Assembly: GCA_946411635.1 (NCBI GenBank)
Contig: CAMKES010000002.1
Span: forward strand, 134,585-198,584
From: an uncultured Clostridia bacterium
GTDB lineage: Bacteria > Bacillota > Clostridia > Christensenellales > CAG-138
Direction of reading: 5' to 3'
DNA length: 64,000 nucleotides
This document shows, in pieces, positions 10,508 through 20,294 of this stretch. The position numbers were made by a program, and so were the translations under genes. How positions within the stretch are numbered: position 1 is the first letter of the stretch; each line of letters opens with the position of its first letter. The notes below the pieces were generated by a model. That model saw only the letters and a list, made by a program, of their open reading frames with translations, was not told where the DNA came from and ran no database searches.

Positions 10508-11128
10508 TTATTTCGCCAAACGGTCGAACTTCTCGAACAGTCTCTCCTCCTCACCGGTCGGTTCATCCGTGCGCGGTTTCAGCATCTGCGTGCGCGCGTA
10601 ATGCGCGAGCGCAACGTAGGCGAGCGCGACGGCCGCCGCAAGCACGGCGATGTTCCACGGTTCGAGTCCGGGCGCCACGAAGCTCAGAAGCGTCAGCATG
10701 ATGCCGATGCCGAACAGCCCCGTCGCGATCTTGCCGTACCAGTCGGAATACGCGACCTTGCGCTGTTTGAGCATGATCAGTCCGCCGATCATCGCAAGCA
10801 TTTCCTTGACGGCGATCAGGATCACGAGCGCAAGATAGATGCCGAACATGTCTCCCTGCCGTCCCTTTTCGATCAGGATCACGACGAGCGCCGTGACGAC
10901 CATGAGCTTGTCCGCAAACGGGTCGAGAAGCTTCCCGACGGGGGTGATCCAGTTGAACGTGCGCGCCAGGAATCCGTCGAGCACGTCCGTCAGAAACGCG
11001 AGCACATAAACGCCGATCGCCCACCAGTAACGGGTCATATGATCCGGAAACGCCGAAAGAAACAGCCATGCGAACACGCCGACCAGAACGATCCGGAGAG
11101 ACGAAAGAATATTGGGTATGTGTTTCAT
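10508..11128 (-). CDS. pgsA: CDP-diacylglycerol--glycerol-3-phosphate 3-phosphatidyltransferase
   Basis: 206 aa and multi-TM, with the CDP-alcohol phosphatidyltransferase motif DVLDGFLAR...GKLLDPFADK. The ATG overlaps the stop of the upstream carboxyltransferase gene (ATGA). Confidence 0.88.
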   Translation of the reverse strand: MKHIPNILSSLRIVLVGVFAWLFLSAFPDHMTRYWWAIGVYVLAFLTDVLDGFLARTFNWITPVGKLLDPFADKLMVVTALVVILIEKGRQGDMFGIYLALVILIAVKEMLAMIGGLIMLKQRKVAYSDWYGKIATGLFGIGIMLTLLSFVAPGLEPWNIAVLAAAVALAYVALAHYARTQMLKPRTDEPTGEEERLFEKFDRLAK

Positions 11129-12567
11129 CGGATACTGATATCCTCCACGTACAATTCGCGGACCGCGTTCGGATCGACAGGCGCTTTTTCTTCGGGCGCT
11201 TTTTCTTCGGGCGCGTTCGCCTTGCGCTCCTGTTCATCGCGCCAGTCGAAATACTTCATGGCCACCTGCGGCAGCAGCGCGTAGCTCAGAACGTCCTCCT
11301 CGCTTCTTGCGCGGTCGCCGAGCTCGGCTTTGTATTTCTCAAGCTCCGGCTCCAGAAGGTCCGCAGGACGGCAGGTGACGACCGGTTCGTCGCCGATCGC
11401 GAGCTTCCGCACGTCTTCGTTGACGGGGCCCGGAAGCTTGCCGTACTCGCCGCGCAGGACCGCCTTGCTGTTGTTCGGGAAGGTCTTGTAGCGGCCGGTC
11501 AGCACGTTGAACACCGCCTGCGTGCCGACGATCTGGCTCGTGGGCGTGACGAGCGGCGGATAACCGAAGTCCTTGCGGACGACGGGGATCTCCGCGAGCA
11601 CGTCGTAGTATTTGTCCTCCGCGCCGGCGTCGCGCAGCTGCTTGATGAGGTTCGAAAGCATGCCGCCCGGAACCTGATACAGAAGCGTGTTCGTGTCGAC
11701 GTGAAGCGACTTGTCGGAGATCAGTCCGTCCTGACGCAGACGCTCGTACACCGAGCGGAAGTACTTGGCGCACTCCGAAAGCGCGTTCAGGTCGAGACCC
11801 GTATCGCGTTCGCCGCCCCTGAGCGTGGCGACGAGCGACTCGGTCGCGGGCTGCGACGTGCCGTTGGCGAGCGGGGAAAGCGCCGTATCGACGATGTCGA
11901 CGCCCGCCTCCGCGGCCTTCAGAAGCACCATATCGCCCGTACCGGTGGTGTTGTGCGTGTGCAGGTGGATCGGAACGTCCACCTCCGCCTTGAGCTTTTT
12001 CACCAGAGAGTATGCGTCGTACGGGAGCAGAAGATTCGCCATGTCCTTGATGCAGATCGAATCCGCGCCCATCTGCGCAAGCTCCTTGCTGAGCTTGACG
12101 AAATACTCCTCGCTGTGCACCGGCGAGGTCGTATACGAGATCGCCGCTTCGCAGAAGCCGCCGTATTTCTTGGTGTACCGGATTGCGGCTTCGAGGTTTC
12201 TCGGATCGTTCAGCGCGTCGAAGATGCGGATCACGTCGATGCCGTTCTCGATCGCCTTGCGGCAGAACTGCTCGACGACGTCGTCCGCGTAATGCTTGTA
12301 GCCGAGGATGTTCTGTCCGCGGAACAGCATCTGCAGCTTCGTGTTCGGCAGAGCCTTGCGCAGCGTGCGGAGACGCTCCCACGGATCCTCGTTGAGGTAC
12401 CGGAGGCAGGAATCGAACGTCGCGCCGCCCCAGACCTCGAGCGACCAGTAGCCGATCGCGTCGAGCATTTCGCAGGCGGGCAGCATCTCCTTCGTGGTCA
12501 TGCGCGTCGCGGCAAGCGACTGATGCGCGTCACGCAGGATGGTATCGGTAACGTACAGTTTTCCCAT
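11125..12567 (-). CDS. Oxaloacetate decarboxylase alpha-type carboxyltransferase subunit (no biotinyl domain)
   Basis: 480 aa with an N-terminus (YVTDTILRDAHQSLAATRMTT...LEVWGGATFD) typical of OadA / pyruvate carboxylase subunit B. The C-terminus ends in an APEEKAPEEK linker and has no AMKM biotinylation motif. Confidence 0.88.
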   Translation of the reverse strand: MGKLYVTDTILRDAHQSLAATRMTTKEMLPACEMLDAIGYWSLEVWGGATFDSCLRYLNEDPWERLRTLRKALPNTKLQMLFRGQNILGYKHYADDVVEQFCRKAIENGIDVIRIFDALNDPRNLEAAIRYTKKYGGFCEAAISYTTSPVHSEEYFVKLSKELAQMGADSICIKDMANLLLPYDAYSLVKKLKAEVDVPIHLHTHNTTGTGDMVLLKAAEAGVDIVDTALSPLANGTSQPATESLVATLRGGERDTGLDLNALSECAKYFRSVYERLRQDGLISDKSLHVDTNTLLYQVPGGMLSNLIKQLRDAGAEDKYYDVLAEIPVVRKDFGYPPLVTPTSQIVGTQAVFNVLTGRYKTFPNNSKAVLRGEYGKLPGPVNEDVRKLAIGDEPVVTCRPADLLEPELEKYKAELGDRARSEEDVLSYALLPQVAMKYFDWRDEQERKANAPEEKAPEEKAPVDPNAVRELYVEDISIR

Positions 12568-12579
12568 AAACGATCCTCC

Positions 12580-13794
12580 TTACCGTCCGAACAGCGACAG
12601 GAACACGCCCGCCGCGATCGCAGAGCCGATGACGCCGGCCACGTTCGGACCCATCGCGTGCATCAGCAGGAAGTTTTTCGGATTTTCTTTCTGCCCGACG
12701 ACCTGCGATACGCGCGCGGCCATCGGAACGGCGGAAACGCCCGCGGAACCGATCAGCGGGTTGATCTTGTTCTTCAGGAACAGGTTCATGAACTTTGCGA
12801 GCAGGATGCCGCCGGCGGTGCCGCCCATGAACGCGAGCACGCCGAGCACGACGATCGCAAGCGTCGTCCACGTCAGGAACGTCGAGGCCGTCGCGGTCGC
12901 GCCGACGCAGACGCCGAGGAAAATCGTGACGATGTTGCAGAGCTCGTTCTGAACGGTCTTGGACAGACGCTCGGTCACGCCGGATTCCTTGAAGAGATTG
13001 CCGAGCATCAGGCAGCCGACGAGCGGCGCCGCGGAGGGAACGAGCAGCGCGACGAAGATCGTGACCACGATCGGGAACAGGATCTTTTCGGTCTGCGAGA
13101 CCGGACGCAGCTGCGCCATCACGATCTGACGTTCCTTTTTGGTGGTCAGCGCCTTCATGATCGGCGGCTGAATGACCGGCACGAGCGCCATGTACGAATA
13201 CGCGGCGACCGCGATCGGTCCGAGGAACGCGGGCGCGAGCTGCGAGGTCACGAGGATCGCCGTAGGACCGTCCGCGCCGCCGATGATGCCGATGGACGCT
13301 GCGATGTTCTGCACGTTCGTTCCGAGCTTATCCATGAACGGAAGCTGAAACGCAAGGATGGAAAGCGCAAACGCGATATAGATGCCGAGCTGCGCCGCCG
13401 CGCCGAGGATCAGGCTCTTCGGATTTGCAATGAGGGGACCGAAATCCGTCATCGCGCCGACGCCCATGAAGATCAGGCAGGGATAGATGCCGAGCTTGAC
13501 GCCGAGGTACAGATAATCCAAAAGTCCCGCGCCGCCGGTAAGATTCTCCCAGTGCACGTGGCCGCCGGAAAAGTATTCCTCATGGAACAGTCCGGCGCCG
13601 GGCAGGTTCGTGAGAAGCATGCCGAACGCGATCGGAACGAGCAGCAGCGGCTCGAACTTCTTGACGATCGCAAGGTACAGAAGCACGCAGGCGATCGCGA
13701 TCATGATCAGGCATTTCCAGTTATCCCCGGTAAAGAACAGCGCGAAGCCGGAACCGGAGAAAAACTCGGAAACGGTTTTCCAGATGGCTTCCAT
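12580..13794 (-). CDS. Na+-translocating decarboxylase beta subunit (OadB/GcdB/MmdB family)
   Basis: 404 aa polytopic membrane protein. Its [22 protein letters not shown] and GADGPTAI segments are typical of the beta subunit. Confidence 0.9.
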   Translation of the reverse strand: MEAIWKTVSEFFSGSGFALFFTGDNWKCLIMIAIACVLLYLAIVKKFEPLLLVPIAFGMLLTNLPGAGLFHEEYFSGGHVHWENLTGGAGLLDYLYLGVKLGIYPCLIFMGVGAMTDFGPLIANPKSLILGAAAQLGIYIAFALSILAFQLPFMDKLGTNVQNIAASIGIIGGADGPTAILVTSQLAPAFLGPIAVAAYSYMALVPVIQPPIMKALTTKKERQIVMAQLRPVSQTEKILFPIVVTIFVALLVPSAAPLVGCLMLGNLFKESGVTERLSKTVQNELCNIVTIFLGVCVGATATASTFLTWTTLAIVVLGVLAFMGGTAGGILLAKFMNLFLKNKINPLIGSAGVSAVPMAARVSQVVGQKENPKNFLLMHAMGPNVAGVIGSAIAAGVFLSLFGR

Positions 13795-13806
13795 AGGCGC
13801 CCCCGA

Positions 13807-14142
13807 TCAGGCGATGGTGCAAAGCAGCGCGCCGCTTTCGACCGAAGAACCCTTGGCCACGCCGATGGCCGCGACTCTGCCCGCGCACGGCGCGAGGATC
13901 TCGTTTTCCATTTTCATGGCTTCGAGGATCATGAGCTGCTGTCCTTCCTTAACGGCGTCCCCGGGCTTGACGTTGACCTGCAGGATGTTGCCGGGCATCG
14001 GCGAACGGACTTCCGTGCCTGCGCCGGCCGGCGCAGCCTTCAAAGGTTCCGGCTTCGCCGCCGCGGCGACCGCGTTCGCGTCGAGTTCTTCGACTTCGAC
14101 TTCATATCTGGTTCCGTTGACGTTCACTGAAAACTTGCGCAT
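13807..14142 (-). CDS. Biotin carboxyl carrier (biotinyl/lipoyl domain) subunit
   Basis: 111 aa with an Ala/Pro linker and the EAMKMENEI biotinylation motif. Confidence 0.9.
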   Translation of the reverse strand: MRKFSVNVNGTRYEVEVEELDANAVAAAAKPEPLKAAPAGAGTEVRSPMPGNILQVNVKPGDAVKEGQQLMILEAMKMENEILAPCAGRVAAIGVAKGSSVESGALLCTIA

Positions 14143-14158
14143 GATAGTTCCCCCTTAT

Positions 14159-14473
14159 TCAATCCACTTTTTTAAACGATACGATCCGGATCCCGCCGAC
14201 GCTTTCGCCGAGCACGGTTGCGATCGCCGCGGAAACGGCGGCGATGATCTCGCCCCGGTCGCCCTCCGGCTCGGGTGCGGCGTTCCGTTCCTGCACGGGC
14301 GGCGTCTGCACGTTCTCCTGTCCCGAACGGTGCATGATCGCGCCCATCACTTTGATGATCAGGATCAGCGCGATCAGTCCGATGAAGACGATCCCGAGTC
14401 CCAGAAGAAACGTGACGAGCGTCGACGACACGGGTTTGTCGATAAAGTTCAGACTCTCTTCCGTCAGCAGCAT
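14159..14473 (-). CDS. OadG-family decarboxylase gamma subunit
   Basis: 104 aa with a single TM segment (VTFLLGLGIVFIGLIALILIIKV) and a C-terminal IIAAVSAAIATVLG segment. The ATG at 14473 has a GGAGG RBS 7 nt upstream. The ORF-track start at 14590 overlaps the promoter. Confidence 0.75.
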   Translation of the reverse strand: MLLTEESLNFIDKPVSSTLVTFLLGLGIVFIGLIALILIIKVMGAIMHRSGQENVQTPPVQERNAAPEPEGDRGEIIAAVSAAIATVLGESVGGIRIVSFKKVD

Positions 14474-14561
14474 AACGAACCTCCGTCCTTTCGGAAAAGC
14501 GTGCTCCGGACCCGCTGTCGGCCGGTTCGGCTCAGCCCTTCCCCAATTTTCTCCATTTAGC

Positions 14562-14590
14562 ATTATATCCTGTTTTGCGGCGAATGTCAA
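14562..14590 (-). promoter_or_regulatory. Consensus sigma-A-type promoter of the decarboxylase operon
   Basis: The minus strand shows TTGACA (14585-14590), 17 nt, then TATAAT (14562-14567), about 85 nt upstream of the oadG-like start. Confidence 0.6.
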
Positions 14591-14628
14591 ATCCGTATGA
14601 ACGCCGAAAAGCGGGATATACTGTGCGT

Positions 14629-15336
14629 ATGCTGACTTTATTCTTACGCGCGGTTTTTCTGGATCTGTTCGTTCTGCTGATCCTCCGTCTCACCGGCAAG
14701 CGGCAGGTCAGCGACCTGCAGCCGTACGATCTTCTGATGACGCTGATCATCGCGGACCTTGCGAGCACGGCGATCGCGGACACCGATATTCCGCTTCTGT
14801 ACAGCGTCGTACCGATCCTCGCCCTGTATCTCGTTCAGCAGGCGATCGCGAAGCTTTGCCTGAAATCCTCCGCCGCACGGCGGCTCATCTGCGGAACGCC
14901 GCAGATCCTCGTGCTGGACGGCGTGCTGCAGGAAAAGGTCATGCGGCGCACAAACTACACGGTGCGCGACATTCTGGACAGTCTCCGGAGCAAGGACGTC
15001 TTCGACGTCGGCGAAGTGGCATACGCGATCCTGGAAACAAACGGAACCGTGAGCGTGCTGGAGAAGGCGGCGTTCCAGCGGCCGAGCCGCCGCGACCTCG
15101 GCCTTCCGGACGGCTCCGCGGCGCTGTCGCATCTGCTGATTCTCGAGGGCCGGATCCAGAAGAGCGGTCTTAAAACCCTGCATCTGAAGGAGAAGGACGT
15201 GGAAACGATCCTGAAACGGAACGGGCTTTCCCTGCGTTCCGTCTTTTTCGCACAGATGAACGGGGATGGCGAGTTGCACGTACAGCTCGACCGCGCGCAT
15301 CAGAGCCGCGTCTGTTCCTGCTCCGCGGACGCATAG
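14629..15336 (+). CDS. DUF421 (YetF-family) membrane protein
   Basis: It has an N-terminal TM region followed by the GKRQVSDLQPYDLLMTLIIADLAS segment characteristic of DUF421. The start at ATG 14629 is uncertain; the GTG at 14623 is also possible. Confidence 0.8.
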   Translation: MLTLFLRAVFLDLFVLLILRLTGKRQVSDLQPYDLLMTLIIADLASTAIADTDIPLLYSVVPILALYLVQQAIAKLCLKSSAARRLICGTPQILVLDGVLQEKVMRRTNYTVRDILDSLRSKDVFDVGEVAYAILETNGTVSVLEKAAFQRPSRRDLGLPDGSAALSHLLILEGRIQKSGLKTLHLKEKDVETILKRNGLSLRSVFFAQMNGDGELHVQLDRAHQSRVCSCSADA

Positions 15337-15344
15337 GAGGTATC

Positions 15345-15737
15345 ATGGGATTTTCCGTCTTCCGTGCCGCGATGACGATCGCGATCTGTCTCTTTCTTCT
15401 GGTGCTGTTTCTGCTTCCGTCAAGCGTTCTGACGCGGTTTTCGGACGAGGCGGAAGCGTGGATCGCCTCCGCGGATGAAGCGCTGACCGCGGGCGATCTT
15501 TCCGCCGCCGCGCCGTGCTGCAAAGCGCTCACGGCGCTCGTGCGCGAGCGTATGCCGGTGTTGGAACGGTTTCTGAACCACGCCGACATCGACGCGCTGG
15601 ACGCCGCCGTCGCCGTCGCGGACCGCGCGATTCGCATCGGCGACGCGGGTGCGGCCGCGGAAGCGCTTGCTGAGGCGGGAACGATCCTGAACCGGATCAA
15701 GGGGATCGAACTGTTTTCCTGGAATTCTTTGCTTTAA
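15345..15737 (+). CDS. DUF4363-family protein
   Basis: 130 aa with an N-terminal TM anchor and an Ala-rich helical domain. Size and adjacency to a DUF421 gene fit the usual DUF421/DUF4363 pairing in Clostridia. The assignment is from recollection of the family only. Confidence 0.55.
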   Translation: MGFSVFRAAMTIAICLFLLVLFLLPSSVLTRFSDEAEAWIASADEALTAGDLSAAAPCCKALTALVRERMPVLERFLNHADIDALDAAVAVADRAIRIGDAGAAAEALAEAGTILNRIKGIELFSWNSLL

Positions 15738-15798
15738 CGATTGCCGTGCGGGGAGAAACGTGGTATACTAAATAAAATATAGGAAATGAGGTATCCAC

Positions 15799-17508
15799 AT
15801 GGCCGCAGTCGATCTCTCCCGGCTGATCCCCCTTGCGCGGAAGGGAAAAGCGCCCTTCGTCATTCGCGACGCGCGCGTGATCAACGTGTTCACGAACGAG
15901 ATCATCGAAACGAACGTGGCGATCGCCGGCGACACGATCATCGGCGTCGGAAACATCTCCGGTGAAACCGAATACAACGCCCACGGCGCGTTCCTTGCGC
16001 CGGGGCTCATCGACGGGCACGTACACATCGAAAGTTCGATGGTCACACCCGCTTCTTTTGCGCAGGTGATCCTGCCGAAGGGCACGACCACGATCATCGC
16101 CGATCCGCACGAGATCGCAAACGTCGCGGGAAAGGACGGGCTTCGGGCGATCCTCTCGCTTTCGCGGGATCTGCCGCTGGATATCCGGTTCATGCTTCCC
16201 TCCTGCGTGCCCGCAACGCCCTTTGAGCACAGCGGCGCGACGCTTTCCGCCGACGATCTGAGCGAGTTTACGGATGATCCCGCGGTGCTCGGGCTCGGCG
16301 AGGTCATGGACTACCCCTCCGTCGTTTCGGGCGCGCCCGACATGCTCAAAAAGCTCGAGCGGTTTTACAATCTGCCGATCGACGGGCATGCGCCGATGCT
16401 GACCGGCCGCGCGCTGAACGCCTACTGTCTCGCGGGACCGCGCACCGATCATGAATGCTCGAACTTCGCCGAGCTCAAGGAGAAGCTCCGCAACGGCATG
16501 GTGATCCTGATCCGCATGGGCTCCGCGGCAAACGGCGTGCGCGAAATGCTCGACGGCATCGTTTCCGAGGGCCTGCCCACCGACCGCATCTGCTTCTGTA
16601 CCGACGACAAGCATCTTGAGAACATCCGCAGCGAGGGGCACATCAACCATATCGTCAACACCGCGATCCTGCGCGGGATCCGCCCGCTCGACGCGCTCAA
16701 AATGGCGACGATCAACACCGCGAACGCGTACGGGCTGCGGCGCGTCGGCGCGATCGCGCCGGGATACCGCGCCAACCTGATCCTGTTCGACGATCTGCAC
16801 ACGATCGAGCCGAAGCTCGTCATTGCGAACGGCGTGCCGGTCGATCCGTCCGTGCGCATCCCCTCTCCTCCCGTGCCGGATTCCGTCAGAAACAGCGTGC
16901 ACGCCGCACCGGTCGGACCGGACGATCTGAAGCTTCGGGCGCAGCCGTTCATGCCGGTCATCGAGACGATCCCGCATCAGCTCGTTACGCGGCTCGTGAC
17001 GCGCACCGTGCCGACCGATGAAAACGGATATTTCGCCGCGCGCGACGGGCTTGATAAGCTCGCGGTCGTCGAGCGGCATCACGCGAGCGGCCGGATCGGT
17101 CTCGGCGTCGTCGAAGGCATGCACGTTTCGGGCGGCGCGATCGCCGCGACGGTCGCGCACGACTCGCACAACATCGTGGTCGTCGGCGACAGCGATGCGG
17201 ACATGTGCAAAGCGATCGAAACGCTGAAAGCGTGCGGCGGCGGGTTTGCCGTCGTTTCGGGCGGCGAGGTCAAGGCGCTTCTGGAGCTGCCGGTCGCCGG
17301 ACTGATGAGCGACGCGCCGGTGGAAACGGTCCTGTCGAAGCAGCGCGCGCTGCTCGACGCGGCGCATGCGCTCGGCGCGGACGACGCCTGCGATCCGCTC
17401 GTGCTCCTGTCGTTCCTTGCGCTGCCCGTCATTCCGGAGGTGCGGCTGACCGACTGCGGTCTGTTCGACGTGCGCACGATGTCCTTCCTGTATCGGAACG
17501 AAAGGTGA
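15799..17508 (+). CDS. ade: Adenine deaminase
   Basis: 569 aa. The metal-binding segment FLAPGLIDGHVHIESSMVTP and the ADPHEIANV segment indicate an amidohydrolase-fold adenine deaminase. An AGGAAATGAGG RBS region lies upstream. Confidence 0.92.
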   Translation: MAAVDLSRLIPLARKGKAPFVIRDARVINVFTNEIIETNVAIAGDTIIGVGNISGETEYNAHGAFLAPGLIDGHVHIESSMVTPASFAQVILPKGTTTIIADPHEIANVAGKDGLRAILSLSRDLPLDIRFMLPSCVPATPFEHSGATLSADDLSEFTDDPAVLGLGEVMDYPSVVSGAPDMLKKLERFYNLPIDGHAPMLTGRALNAYCLAGPRTDHECSNFAELKEKLRNGMVILIRMGSAANGVREMLDGIVSEGLPTDRICFCTDDKHLENIRSEGHINHIVNTAILRGIRPLDALKMATINTANAYGLRRVGAIAPGYRANLILFDDLHTIEPKLVIANGVPVDPSVRIPSPPVPDSVRNSVHAAPVGPDDLKLRAQPFMPVIETIPHQLVTRLVTRTVPTDENGYFAARDGLDKLAVVERHHASGRIGLGVVEGMHVSGGAIAATVAHDSHNIVVVGDSDADMCKAIETLKACGGGFAVVSGGEVKALLELPVAGLMSDAPVETVLSKQRALLDAAHALGADDACDPLVLLSFLALPVIPEVRLTDCGLFDVRTMSFLYRNER

Positions 17509-17513
17509 TCCCC

Positions 17514-18104
17514 ATGTGTTTTTTCCGAAAAAAACAGTCCTTTACGCAGTCCCCGCACGAGGTCTGGCTGTCGCAGTGGCAAAGCCTGTTTCCGCCCGAA
17601 TGCCGCAACGTTCCCGTGACGGTCGACGGCGTGACCTATGAAGCATACGTGCTGGTCGGGCACAATGCGCTCATGCTTCAGGACGGGCTTCTGATGGAGG
17701 CCGCGTTCTTCGACGTCTGCGAGCTGTTTCAGAAGGCCGGGTATCACGTTATCTGGCTGATGCGGTGCACGCAGGACGTCCGGAACGGATACCTCGTCCG
17801 CAGGCGCGTCGAGAACGGCGGCAAGCGCATGCAGTGGCTCTGGAAGCGCCCGACGACGAATTTCGGCCGCTGGAGTTCGGATCAGAAGCACACGTCGATC
17901 CTGCTGCAGATCGAGGAGCTGCCGGAGGAAGGCCCGCACAACTGCGAAAAGAAGGTCCTCCAGCGCGTGATCTGGGCGGAGAGCAGCGACGCGGAAAGCA
18001 TGGTCCCGAAACGCACGACCTTCACCACCGTCAACGTGCCGGATACGCCGCCCGAGCTTGTACGCTGGCTGAACGGCGAATCGCTGAGCAGTTTTCAGAA
18101 CTGA
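17514..18104 (+). CDS. Hypothetical protein (196 aa)
   Basis: The ATG at 17514 lies 6 nt after the ade stop, and the ORF ends 9 nt before a strong terminator. I recognise no family. Confidence 0.6.
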   Translation: MCFFRKKQSFTQSPHEVWLSQWQSLFPPECRNVPVTVDGVTYEAYVLVGHNALMLQDGLLMEAAFFDVCELFQKAGYHVIWLMRCTQDVRNGYLVRRRVENGGKRMQWLWKRPTTNFGRWSSDQKHTSILLQIEELPEEGPHNCEKKVLQRVIWAESSDAESMVPKRTTFTTVNVPDTPPELVRWLNGESLSSFQN

Positions 18105-18112
18105 GATCCGTC

Positions 18113-18148
18113 AAAAAAGGACCGTCCCGAACGGACGGTCCTTTTATT
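18113..18148. terminator. Bidirectional rho-independent terminator
   Basis: AAAAAA-GGACCGTCC-cgaac-GGACGGTCC-TTTTATT, placed between the convergent genes ending at 18104 (+) and 18155 (-). Confidence 0.85.
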
Positions 18149-18154
18149 GTGTTG

Positions 18155-19111
18155 TTACCGCTCTTCGCGGAAGTACGCAAGCCCGAGGCTTTGCGGCGGA
18201 AGGTTCTCGCGTTTTTTGCGAAGCGAGACGAAGATCAGAACGATGAGCGTAACCACGTACGGAATGAGCGTGTACAGCTCCTTGATGCCGATAGGCGGAT
18301 TCAGGTGTTCGCTCAGGATCAGCAGTCCGCCGAACATGATCGACGCAAAGATGCTGATGGCGGGACGCCAGGTCGTAAAGATGACCAATGCGATCGCAAG
18401 CCAGCCGATCTGGTCGATCCTCGGTTCGGACCACGTTCCGTGCGCGCACTCCATAACGAAGCACAGTCCGCCGAGACCCGCGATCATGCTGCCGACGAGC
18501 GTTGCGACGTATTTGTATCGCGTGACGTTGATGCCCGCGGCGTCCGCCGTGGCGGGATTCTCACCGACCGCCCGCAGCTGCATGCCCTTTCGCGTGAAGC
18601 GAAGGAACAGCGCGGTCAGCAGCGCGATCCCGATCCCCGAATAGGCAAGCCAGCCCGGCGTGTTGCCGTCGCTGAAGTATTTGACCGTTTCCGCAATGGT
18701 GATGCTCGCGACGCCCGTTGCCTGCGCGTGCGTGAGCTTGATCAGCGAGCCGCCGAGAAACTGCGCGACGCCCGTGCCGAAGATCGTCAGCGAAAGACCG
18801 GTAACGTTCTGATTCGCGCGAAGCGTAACGGTCAGGAAGCAGTACAGAAGCCCCATCAGGAACGACCCGATCAGGCAGCAGAGCAGCGGGATCAGGATCG
18901 CAAGGACTCCGCTCATGTTCGCCGCGCCGACCGAATGCTCATAGATGAACGCGCCGGATACGCCGGAGATCGCGCCGACAAACATGATGCCCGGAATGCC
19001 GAGGTTCAGGTTGCCGGACTTCTCGGTGAGGATCTCTCCTGTACTGCCGTAAAGCAGCGGCATGCCCTGCAGCACCGCTCTCGGAATGAAAGACGCCAGA
19101 AAACTCCACAT
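18155..19111 (-). CDS. ABC transporter permease (BMP/nucleoside-type system 1)
   Basis: 318 aa polytopic protein. The ATG at 19111 has a GGAGGA RBS and follows the stop of the upstream permease at 19116. It is a paralog of 26309..27250. Confidence 0.88.
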   Translation of the reverse strand: MWSFLASFIPRAVLQGMPLLYGSTGEILTEKSGNLNLGIPGIMFVGAISGVSGAFIYEHSVGAANMSGVLAILIPLLCCLIGSFLMGLLYCFLTVTLRANQNVTGLSLTIFGTGVAQFLGGSLIKLTHAQATGVASITIAETVKYFSDGNTPGWLAYSGIGIALLTALFLRFTRKGMQLRAVGENPATADAAGINVTRYKYVATLVGSMIAGLGGLCFVMECAHGTWSEPRIDQIGWLAIALVIFTTWRPAISIFASIMFGGLLILSEHLNPPIGIKELYTLIPYVVTLIVLIFVSLRKKRENLPPQSLGLAYFREER

Positions 19112-19115
19112 ACCG

Positions 19116-20294
19116 TTATTCCTCCTTCTTCGGGTGCCGGCTGTAATGCAGCTTGTAGTTGATGAAGAATTCACAGCCGATGATGAAGAACAGAATGATG
19201 CTCATGAGCATGTTCGCGAAGTTCTTATCCAGACTGACGCCGTCCGGCATCGCGACTTCCTTTGCACCGAACTGCATGAACACCAGCAGCAGCGACGAGA
19301 AGACCATGCCGATCGGATTGAACTGCGACATCCACGAAACCATGACCGCCGTATAGCCGCGCCCGTCCACAACGTCGTGCGAGATCGTTCCCTCCGCGCC
19401 GACGATCAGAAAACCGATCAGACCGCAGAGCGCGCCGGACAGGATCATGGTCCGCACGATGACGCGGTTGACCTTGATGCCCGCGTAGGACGCCGTTCGC
19501 TCGCTTTCGCCGACGACGGAGATCTCATATCCGTGCTTGCTGAACCGCAGATACAGGAACAGCACGACCGTCAGAAGCCCGACGGCTGCGATCGGGATCA
19601 GATACTGCGTACCGGGTTTGTCCCCGAACTTCGGGAAGGTCCCGATGCCGAAGGACTGGAATCCGGAATTGATGTTGCCGACGGACGTGCCGTTCGCCGA
19701 CCAGAGATACCGCTCCGGAAACCCGCGGAACGCGATCATGAACTTGACGATCTGCAGTGCGATGTAGTTCATCATCAGCGTAAACAGTGTTTCGTTCGTG
19801 TTCCAGCGCGATTTGAAGAATGCCGGAAGGAATCCCCACAGCGCGCCGGCGCCGATCGCGGCGATCAGCATGCACGGGAACAGGACCAGGTTCTTGACCG
19901 TCATCGAGACCGTCGGGTCGTTGAAGAACGGCATTCTGCCGGCGTAGAACATACAGGCCGCCGCGGCAAACGCGCCGATCAGCACCTGACCCTCGGCGCC
20001 GATGTTCCAGAACCGCATTTTGAACGCGGGTGTGACCGCCAGGGAAATGCCGAGCAGGATCGCCACGCGATACAGCGTGATCCATCTCTTCCGCGCGACG
20101 CTGAACGTGCCGTTGAACATGCTCTCGAGCACGGTGACGGGATTCATTTTGGTAATGATGATCGTGATGACCGCGCACAAAAGCAGCGCGATCAGGATCG
20201 CGGCGCCGCGGATCATCCATGCCTTCCAGGTCGGAATGCCCGAGCGCTTCGCGATATGGATCTCGAATGGGAGAAGGTTCCCGATCTTCTTCAT
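19116..20294 (-). CDS. ABC transporter permease (BMP/nucleoside-type system 1)
   Basis: 392 aa starting MKKIGNLLPFEIHIAKRSG. The ATG at 20294 overlaps the ATPase stop (ATGA). Confidence 0.88.
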   Translation of the reverse strand: MKKIGNLLPFEIHIAKRSGIPTWKAWMIRGAAILIALLLCAVITIIITKMNPVTVLESMFNGTFSVARKRWITLYRVAILLGISLAVTPAFKMRFWNIGAEGQVLIGAFAAAACMFYAGRMPFFNDPTVSMTVKNLVLFPCMLIAAIGAGALWGFLPAFFKSRWNTNETLFTLMMNYIALQIVKFMIAFRGFPERYLWSANGTSVGNINSGFQSFGIGTFPKFGDKPGTQYLIPIAAVGLLTVVLFLYLRFSKHGYEISVVGESERTASYAGIKVNRVIVRTMILSGALCGLIGFLIVGAEGTISHDVVDGRGYTAVMVSWMSQFNPIGMVFSSLLLVFMQFGAKEVAMPDGVSLDKNFANMLMSIILFFIIGCEFFINYKLHYSRHPKKEE

